Assembly (NCBI GenBank): GCA_036009365.1
Contig: DASYLY010000091.1
Span: 556 to 64,555 of the forward strand
Origin: Solirubrobacterales bacterium
Lineage (GTDB): Bacteria > Actinomycetota > Thermoleophilia > Solirubrobacterales > 70-9
Direction of reading: 5' to 3'
DNA: 64,000 nucleotides
The notes below the pieces were generated by a model. The model saw only the letters and a program-made list of their open reading frames with translations, had not been told where the DNA came from and searched no databases. Positions 51,964 through 59,653 of this stretch are shown here, one piece after another. A program made the position numbers and the translations under genes. Each line of letters starts with the position of its first letter. Position 1 is the stretch's first letter.

Positions 51964-52004
51964 CTACGAAACCGAAGGTCACAGGTTCGAATCCTGTCTG
52001 GCGC
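51964..52004 (+). repeat. attR core (41-bp copy of the tRNA-Arg 3' half)
   Basis: 41/41 identical to 42376-42416. The preceding bases differ from the tRNA, so it is not a second tRNA gene. Confidence 0.85.
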
Positions 52005-52254
52005 GTCTCTTGTCGTTGTGCTTGTCCTGATCGGCCAGCTCCTCAGCCAGCCGGGCAAGCTCGGAGATCTCGACGTCGAGGCTGCGGGCGATTGCAGCTA
52101 GGACCTTCCAGGTCGGGTTGCGCCGGCCGCGCTCGATGCCGGAGAGGTAAGTCCAGTGGATGCCGGCGGTGGCGGCGAGACCCTCGACGGTTAGTTCCCG
52201 CTTGGTCCGCAGGTGGCGGATGACGGCGCCGAGCTGGGCTTGCGTTGGTTCCAC
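51979..52254 (-). CDS. XRE-family HTH regulator
   Basis: LGAVIRHLRTKRELTVEGLAATAGIHWTYLSGIERGRRNPTWKVLAAIARSL. The last 8 codons and the stop lie inside the att repeat. Confidence 0.7.
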   Translation of the reverse strand: MEPTQAQLGAVIRHLRTKRELTVEGLAATAGIHWTYLSGIERGRRNPTWKVLAAIARSLDVEISELARLAEELADQDKHNDKRRARQDSNL

Positions 52255-52269
52255 GCGATGGACTCAGGG

Positions 52270-52554
52270 TCAGCTTGAGGTGGGGTCCGTCGGGCTGGGC
52301 CGAGAGCTTTCCCGCTGTCGGTCGGCCAGTTCCTCCGCTAGAAGCACAACCGCCGAGACTTCGATGTCAAGCGCCTCGGATAGGGAGCGAACGATGTTCC
52401 AGCTCGGGTTGCGCTGCCCTAGCTCGATGCCCGAGAGATAGGTGGTGTGGATTTCCGCCTTGCCCGCTAGCTCTTCGATGCTGAGGTCGCGCCGTTTGCG
52501 AAACCAGCGGATGGCATTGCCGAGCCGGGCTGGAGTTGGCGTCGTGGTCGGCAC
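52270..52554 (-). CDS. XRE-family HTH regulator (tandem paralog)
   Basis: LGNAIRWFRKRRDLSIEELAGKAEIHTTYLSGIELGQRNPSWNIVRSLSEAL. GTG 52554 was chosen; the longer ORF to 52737 overlaps the divergent gene. Confidence 0.7.
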   Translation of the reverse strand: MPTTTPTPARLGNAIRWFRKRRDLSIEELAGKAEIHTTYLSGIELGQRNPSWNIVRSLSEALDIEVSAVVLLAEELADRQRESSRPSPTDPTSS

Positions 52555-52651
52555 GCCCGGGAGCCTTCCGCCGCCGTGTCGATCTGACCATAGCCTATAG
52601 TCTTGGTCCGTCGAGGGGGCGAATTTATGGCTCCCACGACTTGGACTTCCT

Positions 52652-52936
52652 ATGCACGACGAACAACGTCGGCGGCGCGATCTGCCATCCGCCCGCAGGG
52701 ACGCGATGGTCGAAGGGGCTGCCCTCGCGCTCCTCATCGAGTGCCACCCGGATCTGCTGACGATGCCGGAGCTGGTCGAGGAGATGTGCAGCGGCTCGAA
52801 GGATTCCGATAGGCGCGATGCCGTCGAGCGCGCCGTCCGCGAGCTGATAGCTACCGGTCTTGTGCTCCGCCAGGGCGCCTTCGTGGTCCCGACCCCGGCG
52901 GCACTCCGAGTCGGCGAACTCGAGCTCGGGCTGTGA
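52652..52936 (+). CDS. small winged-helix-like protein (paralog of 42645-42935)
   Basis: Paralogy as described for 42645-42935. GTGA overlap with the downstream RHH ORF. Confidence 0.6.
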   Translation: MHDEQRRRRDLPSARRDAMVEGAALALLIECHPDLLTMPELVEEMCSGSKDSDRRDAVERAVRELIATGLVLRQGAFVVPTPAALRVGELELGL

Positions 52937-52962
52937 GCAGATATCTAGGCCATATTCAGGGC

Positions 52963-53193
52963 ATGGCCAAGGTGCTTGTCTCCTTCGACGATGACCTACT
53001 GCGGCGTATTGATCTCGCCGCCTGGGCCGCCGGTCAGTCGCGCAGTGCGTACCTTTCGGTGCTCGCGGAACGCGACTGGAGTGCGGGGCCTGGAGGAACT
53101 TCCGCGGCGCTTCTAGAGCTTGATCGACTCTTTGCCGACGCTCTCGCTGATGATGTCACCGCCGCCATTCGGGCTGAGCGGGACGCACGGTGA
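52963..53193 (+). CDS. ribbon-helix-helix (CopG/VapB-like) antitoxin-type protein, apparently orphan
   Basis: MAKVLVSFDDDLLRRIDLAAWAAGQSRSAYLSVLAERD is a typical RHH N-terminus. Only a 12-codon ORF (53190-53228) follows. Confidence 0.6.
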   Translation: MAKVLVSFDDDLLRRIDLAAWAAGQSRSAYLSVLAERDWSAGPGGTSAALLELDRLFADALADDVTAAIRAERDAR

Positions 53194-53224
53194 ACCAATC
53201 TCGGTTCGCGACCGCGCTCGGCTA

Positions 53225-53749
53225 CTAGCCGAGTCCTGCCTGCGCTTCCGAGAGCCAGTGCGAGGCGACCTGCCATTCACGCTGCAGCTCGGGTTCGACC
53301 ACTTCGCCGTTGCAGCCGGCGTCGGCGAGGCATTCGCCCCAGTTGTTGGCGGCCTCGATGTAGCGGTTGAAGGCTTTCTCGCCGGGGGTGCCGGCGGCGA
53401 TCAGGCAGTCGGGGGAGAGGGTGTCGATCGGGAGGTCTTCGTAAGTGGTCCTGATTCGCTTTACGGCGGCGGCGTATTGCTGATAGCTGAGGCCGGATGC
53501 GAGGCGGATGCGGAGGCGGTCCAGGGAGTCGAGGAAGTCGCCCAGTTGGGTCTCGCAGGGGGCGGCATGGGCCGGACTCTTCGGATGCTGCTTGGCGACG
53601 TCAGTGGTCGTCGTCTCTTGCTCGGAGGCGACGTTTCCCTTCCCGGGCGCCGCAGGGCTGCTGGAACCGCAGGCCGGCAAGGCGAGGGCGGCGATCAGTG
53701 CGCAGACGGCAAGCAAGCGCCTGGTGGCGGCGGGCGACGTCGGTCTCAT
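53225..53749 (-). CDS. lipoprotein of unknown function
   Basis: Signal peptide with lipobox LALPAC-G; four further Cys. Confidence 0.6.
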   Translation of the reverse strand: MRPTSPAATRRLLAVCALIAALALPACGSSSPAAPGKGNVASEQETTTTDVAKQHPKSPAHAAPCETQLGDFLDSLDRLRIRLASGLSYQQYAAAVKRIRTTYEDLPIDTLSPDCLIAAGTPGEKAFNRYIEAANNWGECLADAGCNGEVVEPELQREWQVASHWLSEAQAGLG

Positions 53750-53799
53750 CGGGCCGGCAACGCTACCTGTCTCGGTACCGGGTCATGTAGAAATCGCCG

Positions 53800-54597
53800 A
53801 TGCGGAAGAAGGTCAGGTCAGCCGGGATCGCGATCGCCGTGGCAATGTTGACGCTCCTCCTGGTCGTGGCGCCGGCGAGCGCCAGGCCGGAAGGCGGCGT
53901 CCTCGTTGTTGGCGACAGCCTCGAGGAGCTGACCTCGCCCTACATCGCCCAGTTCCTGCCCCCGGGCGTGGAGCTGACCGTCAACGCGGTCGGCGGCTAC
54001 AACAGCTTCCAGATCTTCGATCTCTTCGAGGAAAGCTACGATCCCTCGCACTCGGTGATCGTCTTCGACGCCGGCACCAACGACAATCCGGCCTATCCCG
54101 AGATCCTCGCCGGCAACCTGGCCAAGGTGGCGGCGATTGTCGGCGACAGCTGCATGGTCGTGCCGACCATCCACGGCTTTACCGTGGATGGCGTAAGCAA
54201 CGACGGCAAGAACCGGGTGGTGAGGGAATTCGCGGCGTCGCGGCCGGGAACGCAGGTGCCGGACTGGGCCGGCTTCGAGGTCGCCCACCCCGAGCTGATG
54301 CAGGCCGACGACCTCCATCCGATCGAAGCCGGCGCCGAAGCGCGGGCCGAACTGATCGCGCAGGGGGTCCTCGGCTGCCTCTCCGGAGCCTCAACCCAGT
54401 TCGGAGCTGCGCCCGGCGCCGGTCCGAGTGCCAGTGCCAGCGCCCAGAGCGCGCCGCTGCTGGCGTCCGCGCCGGCGCACATGCCACCGGTCGGCAGGTT
54501 GGCCCGCCGCCAGACCCAACTGCTGCGCGCCGCCGGCGCGGCGGTGCTGGGTCAGGGCGCCGTCCTGCTGGCCCGTGGGGTCTTTCCGCGCCGATGA
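53800..54597 (+). CDS. secreted SGNH/GDSL-family hydrolase
   Basis: Block I VVGDSL, block III AGTNDN, block V DDLHP. Signal peptide. Confidence 0.75.
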   Translation: MRKKVRSAGIAIAVAMLTLLLVVAPASARPEGGVLVVGDSLEELTSPYIAQFLPPGVELTVNAVGGYNSFQIFDLFEESYDPSHSVIVFDAGTNDNPAYPEILAGNLAKVAAIVGDSCMVVPTIHGFTVDGVSNDGKNRVVREFAASRPGTQVPDWAGFEVAHPELMQADDLHPIEAGAEARAELIAQGVLGCLSGASTQFGAAPGAGPSASASAQSAPLLASAPAHMPPVGRLARRQTQLLRAAGAAVLGQGAVLLARGVFPRR

Positions 54598-54624
54598 GAG
54601 CGCCGCCGACTTACAGCGGTCGAG

Positions 54625-56577
54625 ATGCCTGAGCCAGTAGGGCGCGGACAGCGCTACATGCCGGGCCTCGACGGCCTGCGGGCGATCGCCGTGCTCGGCG
54701 TCATCGCTTACCACCTCGGCTGGGGCTGGGCCCAGGGCGGCCTGCTCGGCGTGGGCGTCTTCTTCACCCTCAGCGGCTACCTGATCACCGACATCCTCTT
54801 GAACCAGGTGCGGCGGGGAGGGATCAAGCTGCTGCCGTTCTGGCTCGCCCGCGCCCGGCGGCTGTTGCCGGCCCTGTTCCTGATGCTGATTGTCGTCACC
54901 GCCTGGGTGACCGTGATCGGCCCCCATCAGCCCGGCGACTTCAGGACCGCGGTGCTGAGCGCCGCCGGCTACGTCAACAACTGGTGGCTGATCTTCCACG
55001 ACGTCTCCTACTTCACCCGCTTCCAGGCGCCGGCGCCGCTCAACCACCTCTGGTCGCTCTCGATCGAGGAGCAGTTCTACATCGTCTGGCCGTTCCTGCT
55101 TTTGCTGGGGACGCGGCTCTTCAAGGAGGCGAAGGGCGACTCGGCCGTACGCCCCCGGCTCGCCGCCCTGACCCTGGCGGCGGCGTTTGCCTCGGCGATC
55201 CTGATGGCGGTCCTCTACCACCCGTCGCTGGACCCTTCGCGCGTCTACTACGGGACCGATACCCGCGCCCAGGAGCTGCTCTTCGGTGCCGCTCTGGCGA
55301 TGGTCTGGCCGAGCCGGCAGCTGCGGACGCGGATCCGCCCTCAGGCGCGGCTGACGATCGACGCCGCCGGCGTCCTCGGTCTGGGCATGATCGCGCTGAT
55401 GTTCTGGCAGGCCAGCGAGTTCTCGCCCTTCCTCTATCGCGGCGGCTTCGCCCTGCTGGCGATCGGCACCGCCCTCGCAGTCGCCGCCTTCGCCCACCCG
55501 GCCTCCAGGCTCGGCCCGATCATCGGCTGCCGGCCGATGCGCTGGGTCGGCGAACGCTCCTACGGGATCTACCTCTGGCACTTCCCGGTGATCGTGCTGA
55601 CCTCGCCCAGCGGCCCCCACAGCGCCAGCGTGCTGCGCTCGATCTACCAGGTGGCATTGATCTTCGCCATCTCCGAGCTGTCCTGGCGCTTCGTCGAGAA
55701 CCCGATTCGCCACGGCGCCATCGGCAGGCTCTGGAAGCGGCTGCGGAGCGCCCGCTCCTTCTGGGAAGTCGTCCCCCGCAACCGCTGGACGTTCGCCGCC
55801 GGCGCCACGATCGGCCTCGTCCTGGCGCTGGCGCTGGCGGGCATGGCCGGCGTCGGGGTTTCCAACGAGGAAGCGGTTGGCTCGAAGCTGGTCGCGAAAA
55901 CCGTCAAGAGCGACAAGGTGGCTGCCGCCGATGCCAACCGCGCCACCTGCGAAGCGGTCGTCCACATCGGCGACTCGACCTCGGAGGGGCTCGTGTCCTC
56001 GGAATACCTGCCGGATCCGAAACAGCTGATCAGCGCCCAGTACGCCCGGGTCGGCGCCACCGAACAGCACCTCGAGGTCTCCGGGGCCCGCTCGATCTAC
56101 GAGCAGTTCGAAGGCCTGCCCAACGCCCAGGAAGTTGCCGAAGCCTGGAAAAACGAAGGCTTCGCGGGCTGCTGGGTGCTGGCGATGGGGACCAACGAGG
56201 CGGCCAATGTCGCCGCCGGCTCGACCGTCACCTACGACGACCGGATCGACAGCATGATGGCGACGATCGGCCGCGACGAGCCGGTGATGTGGGTCAACGT
56301 CAAGTCGCTGCTCGACAGCAGCCCCTACGCCGAGTCGGGGATGAAGAGCTGGGACGAGGCGTTGCTCGAAGCCTGCGATCGCTACCCGAACATGCGGGTC
56401 TACGACTGGGCCGGCGAGGTCAAGGACGTCTGGTTCATCGAAGACGGGATCCACTTCACGACCCCCGGCTACGCCGCCCGCGGTCGCAAGATCGCCGATG
56501 CCCTGCGCAACGCCTTCCCGGCCTCCGAAAAGACGCTGAAGATGACCGACAGCGACGACTGCCTCGTCAACAGCTGA
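54625..56577 (+). CDS. acyltransferase-3 membrane O-acyltransferase with C-terminal SGNH domain (OafA/YrhL-like)
   Basis: GLDGLRAIAVLGVIAYHL, FFTLSGYLIT, about 10 TM, and a C-terminal soluble domain with HIGDSTSEG. Confidence 0.85.
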   Translation: MPEPVGRGQRYMPGLDGLRAIAVLGVIAYHLGWGWAQGGLLGVGVFFTLSGYLITDILLNQVRRGGIKLLPFWLARARRLLPALFLMLIVVTAWVTVIGPHQPGDFRTAVLSAAGYVNNWWLIFHDVSYFTRFQAPAPLNHLWSLSIEEQFYIVWPFLLLLGTRLFKEAKGDSAVRPRLAALTLAAAFASAILMAVLYHPSLDPSRVYYGTDTRAQELLFGAALAMVWPSRQLRTRIRPQARLTIDAAGVLGLGMIALMFWQASEFSPFLYRGGFALLAIGTALAVAAFAHPASRLGPIIGCRPMRWVGERSYGIYLWHFPVIVLTSPSGPHSASVLRSIYQVALIFAISELSWRFVENPIRHGAIGRLWKRLRSARSFWEVVPRNRWTFAAGATIGLVLALALAGMAGVGVSNEEAVGSKLVAKTVKSDKVAAADANRATCEAVVHIGDSTSEGLVSSEYLPDPKQLISAQYARVGATEQHLEVSGARSIYEQFEGLPNAQEVAEAWKNEGFAGCWVLAMGTNEAANVAAGSTVTYDDRIDSMMATIGRDEPVMWVNVKSLLDSSPYAESGMKSWDEALLEACDRYPNMRVYDWAGEVKDVWFIEDGIHFTTPGYAARGRKIADALRNAFPASEKTLKMTDSDDCLVNS

Positions 56578-56598
56578 GCCTTTGCGGGCCGGCTGAGC

Positions 56599-56994
56599 TC
56601 AGGTGCCGAGCCGGTGCCAGGCCCAGGTACCCGCAACCGCCGCGGCGCTCCCTGAGAGCACGCCGCTGATGCCCGCTCGCCGCAGCCGCGGGTCGCGCCC
56701 GGCGAGTGCGAATGCGAGGGCGTCGGCAGCATCGACCGCAGCGGCGACCACTGCCGCCGTCCGGATCGCCTCGCGGTCCTCGCGGGCGGCGAAGGCGAGC
56801 AGGCCGAGAGCGATGTCGCGGCTGCCGGCGATCCGCGCCAGCGAGCTGGCGGCGGTGTCGGGGGGTGGGAAGCCCAGGGCCCGCAGTGCCGGCTTGGTGG
56901 CAAGCAGCGCCCCGACGCCGATCCCGATCCGGCCGGCGGCGATCGCCAGCACCGTGTCGCGGCCGAGCGGGTCGATCTTGCGGCGCCGGCGCAT
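56599..56994 (-). CDS. small hydrophobic membrane protein (DUF4267-like)
   Basis: 131 aa, Ala/Gly-rich, 4 TM-like segments. Confidence 0.45.
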   Translation of the reverse strand: MRRRRKIDPLGRDTVLAIAAGRIGIGVGALLATKPALRALGFPPPDTAASSLARIAGSRDIALGLLAFAAREDREAIRTAAVVAAAVDAADALAFALAGRDPRLRRAGISGVLSGSAAAVAGTWAWHRLGT

Positions 56995-56999
56995 CGAGG

Positions 57000-57437
57000 T
57001 CAGCTCGCTTCGCCGCCGCCGAGCTCCGGCGGCAGTGCTTTCGGCCCGTCCGGGTACAGCTCGCGCAGCCGCTCCTCGCTCATCTCCAGCGTGTTCGCCG
57101 CTTCCGGCGGCGCCCCGACGACGAGCCAGAGCTGGTCGGCGTCACTGTCGTTGAAGAGCTGGCGCACCGTCGCCGGTTCGATCAGCAGTGAGTCGAGCGG
57201 CTCCAGGGTGAGCACTTCCTCGCCGATCCGGATCCGGCCGCTGCCCTCGAGCAGCACGTAGAGCTCCTCCTCTTCACGGTGATGGTGCTTGGTCGAGGCC
57301 TGTCCCGGCTCCAGGCGCCAGAGCCGTGCCCCGAGCGAAGTGGCACCGAGCTGCTTGGCGAGGTCGGTGTTCAACGTCTTCATCTGGTTCGACCGCCGCC
57401 AGTAAGCGTCGGCAGCTCTCAGCAGACGGAAGGCCAC
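57000..57437 (-). CDS. cupin-domain protein
   Basis: ARLWRLEPGQASTKHHHREEEELYVLLEGSG.. is a cupin_2 motif. The start is GTG 57437 or ATG 57383. Confidence 0.7.
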   Translation of the reverse strand: MAFRLLRAADAYWRRSNQMKTLNTDLAKQLGATSLGARLWRLEPGQASTKHHHREEEELYVLLEGSGRIRIGEEVLTLEPLDSLLIEPATVRQLFNDSDADQLWLVVGAPPEAANTLEMSEERLRELYPDGPKALPPELGGGEAS

Positions 57438-57453
57438 CGGGGAATTATCGCGG

Positions 57454-59028
57454 CTAGGCGGGGGTCGGTTCGGCTGGGGCGTCTTCCCCATGGAAGCGAT
57501 CGAGCAGCCGCAGCTCCTCGTCGCGCTTCGGGAAGAGGAAGAAGACGACGGCGATGCCGAGGGCGATCGCGATCATTCCCGCCGCGTAGGTCCAGTCGCC
57601 GCCGTCGAGGAACGAGTTGCGGGCGGCGGCGATGATCTGCGGGGCGAATTCGGGGTACTGCTCGGCCGTGTTGGCGGCGCTGGAGAAGGACTTGGTCAAC
57701 TCGTTCTGGACCTTTTCGCTGACGTCGGCGGCCTGTGGCGAGGCGGCGATCTGCGAGCTGAAGCTGGCCGCGTAGCCGGCGGTCAGCAGGGCGCCGAAGA
57801 TCGACTGCATGATCGCGCCTCCAAGGTCGCGCTGTAGATCGGCGGTGCCGGAGGCCATGCCGGCGCGGGTGACCGGGACCGAGCCGGTCAGCGAGCGCGA
57901 GGCGGGGGTGCCGGCGAAGCCGACGCCGATGCCGACCAGCAGGTAGCCGAGCCCGACCGCCCAGTAGCCGACGCCCTCGTCCCAGAGCAGGAACATCTCC
58001 AGGAAGGCGACCAGGCAGAAGACGAAACCGAGCAGCAGCGTGAAGCGGGAACCGCGCGACTCGACCAGATGGGCCGAGCGCGGCGCCACGACGATCATCC
58101 CCACCGCCCCCGGCAGGATCGCCATGCCGGCCTGCAGGGTCGAGTAGCCGAGCACGTTCTGGACGAACTGCTGGCCGATGAACATCGCCCCCATCAGCGA
58201 GCCGAAGACGATGATCCCGGCCAGGGCGGCGACCCAGAAGGTGCTGCGGGCAGCGATCTTGAGGTCGTAGAGCGGGTTGGCGACGCGGCGCTGGCGCAGC
58301 AGGAAGGCGCCGGTCGCCGCCAGGGCGACGACGCCGAGGGCGATCGCCGTGGTGCCCTTGCCCGGTTCCGGCGCCAGGTTGATCGCCAGCACCAACGTCG
58401 CCACCAGGGCGATCGAGAGGATGCCGCCGAGGTGGTCGACCGGCTTGGTCGTCTCGTTGACGTGGGCGGGGATCAGTTTCCAGGCGAAGAACAGGGCGAT
58501 CGCCGCCAGCGGCGCGCTGACGATGAAGACCGAGCCCCACTCGAACCCTTCCAGCAGCGCCCCGGCCAGCAGCGGCCCGAGCGCCGAGACGCCGCCGCCG
58601 AGGGCCGACCAGAGGGCGTTCGATTTGGTTCGCGCCGGTCCCGACCACAGCGCCGTGATCAGCGCCAGCGTCGTCGGGTAGGCCATGCCGGCGGCGACGC
58701 CGCCGAGGACCCGGGCGGCGAACAGTGCCGTGGCGGAGGGGGCGAGGGCGGCGAAGACGGAGATCGGGATCGTCAGTCCCATGCCGAGCAGGAGCAGCGA
58801 CTTGCGCCCGTAGCGGTCGCCGACGGCGCCGAGGTAGAGGACCGAGGCGGCGAGCCCGAGCGAGTAGCCGACGGCGATCAGGTCGACCGTGGTCTGCCCG
58901 GCGCTGAAGGCCTGGCCGATGTCCGGCAGCGCCACGTTGGCGACCGCCAGGTTGAGGTTGGCGACCCCGGCGACGAGGATCAGCGTCGCCAGGACCAGCC
59001 CGGCGCGCTTGGGGCTGCTCGACTCCAC
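57454..59028 (-). CDS. MFS transporter, DHA2 (EmrB/QacA, 14-TM) family
   Basis: 524 aa, 14 TM-like segments, LPDIGQAF and GDRYGRK motifs. Confidence 0.85.
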   Translation of the reverse strand: MESSSPKRAGLVLATLILVAGVANLNLAVANVALPDIGQAFSAGQTTVDLIAVGYSLGLAASVLYLGAVGDRYGRKSLLLLGMGLTIPISVFAALAPSATALFAARVLGGVAAGMAYPTTLALITALWSGPARTKSNALWSALGGGVSALGPLLAGALLEGFEWGSVFIVSAPLAAIALFFAWKLIPAHVNETTKPVDHLGGILSIALVATLVLAINLAPEPGKGTTAIALGVVALAATGAFLLRQRRVANPLYDLKIAARSTFWVAALAGIIVFGSLMGAMFIGQQFVQNVLGYSTLQAGMAILPGAVGMIVVAPRSAHLVESRGSRFTLLLGFVFCLVAFLEMFLLWDEGVGYWAVGLGYLLVGIGVGFAGTPASRSLTGSVPVTRAGMASGTADLQRDLGGAIMQSIFGALLTAGYAASFSSQIAASPQAADVSEKVQNELTKSFSSAANTAEQYPEFAPQIIAAARNSFLDGGDWTYAAGMIAIALGIAVVFFLFPKRDEELRLLDRFHGEDAPAEPTPA

Positions 59029-59037
59029 AGCGTGCCG

Positions 59038-59634
59038 CTAGAGCTCGATCCAGGTGCCGGTCGGGCCGAGGTTGCGGATCGGCGTTGCGCCGATCTCGCT
59101 CGCGCAGCCCCACGACTCGTGGATGTGCCCGCAGACCGCCAGCCGCGGCTGCTTCTCCTCGATCGCCCGCCGCAGCGCCGGACTACCGAAGTGCATGCCG
59201 TCGCCGCTGCTGTCGCAGTGGCCCTTGGGCGGCGAGTGGAGGACGAGCACGGCACCATCGGGGCAGGCGGCGAGCATCTCGGTCGCCGTATCGTCGTCGA
59301 GGTCGAAGCTCCAGTCCCAGGGGGTGACCGGGATGCCGGCGCCGAGGCCGAAGAACTCGGTGCCCGCGATCGTCGCGCCCTCGCCGTGCAGGACCGTCGC
59401 CGCACTCCAGCCGGCGGCGGCTTCGCGCAGCGCATCGATCGTCTCGTTGTTGCCGGGGACCAGCACGGTCGGCGTCGCAATCGCCGCCAGCGCATCGATC
59501 GTCTCTCCCAGCCCGTTGTGGACGGAGGCGAAGTCGCCGGCGCCGACCACGACGTCGGCCTCGGTGGCCATCTCGACCAGGGTTGCCGCCTGATCGAGGT
59601 CACAGTGCAGGTCGCTGAAGGCGAGCAGCTTCAC
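59038..59634 (-). CDS. metallophosphoesterase
   Basis: VKLLAFSDLHCD, GAGDF, PGNNE, GHIH motifs. GTG 59634 was chosen because the longer ORF overlaps the upstream MFS gene. Confidence 0.8.
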   Translation of the reverse strand: MKLLAFSDLHCDLDQAATLVEMATEADVVVGAGDFASVHNGLGETIDALAAIATPTVLVPGNNETIDALREAAAGWSAATVLHGEGATIAGTEFFGLGAGIPVTPWDWSFDLDDDTATEMLAACPDGAVLVLHSPPKGHCDSSGDGMHFGSPALRRAIEEKQPRLAVCGHIHESWGCASEIGATPIRNLGPTGTWIEL

Positions 59635-59653
59635 GCCCGCAAACCTACCGCTG

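Larger units (their letters stand above)
42376..52004. mobile_element. tRNA-Arg-integrated genomic island, composite of two related elements (about 7.8 kb + 1.8 kb), non-conjugative defence-type cargo
   Basis: Perfect 41-bp direct repeat of the tRNA 3' half at both ends, a tyrosine recombinase gene inside, lower GC, and an internal degenerate att copy with a duplicated 130-bp arm. Confidence 0.75.

Noticed and set aside
53190-53228. 12-codon ORF after the RHH gene as a truncated PIN/VapC toxin
   Set aside because: VNQSRFATALGY shows no PIN N-terminal signature (no ..D[TS]..). I can say only that no toxin-sized ORF follows, not that this is a toxin remnant.
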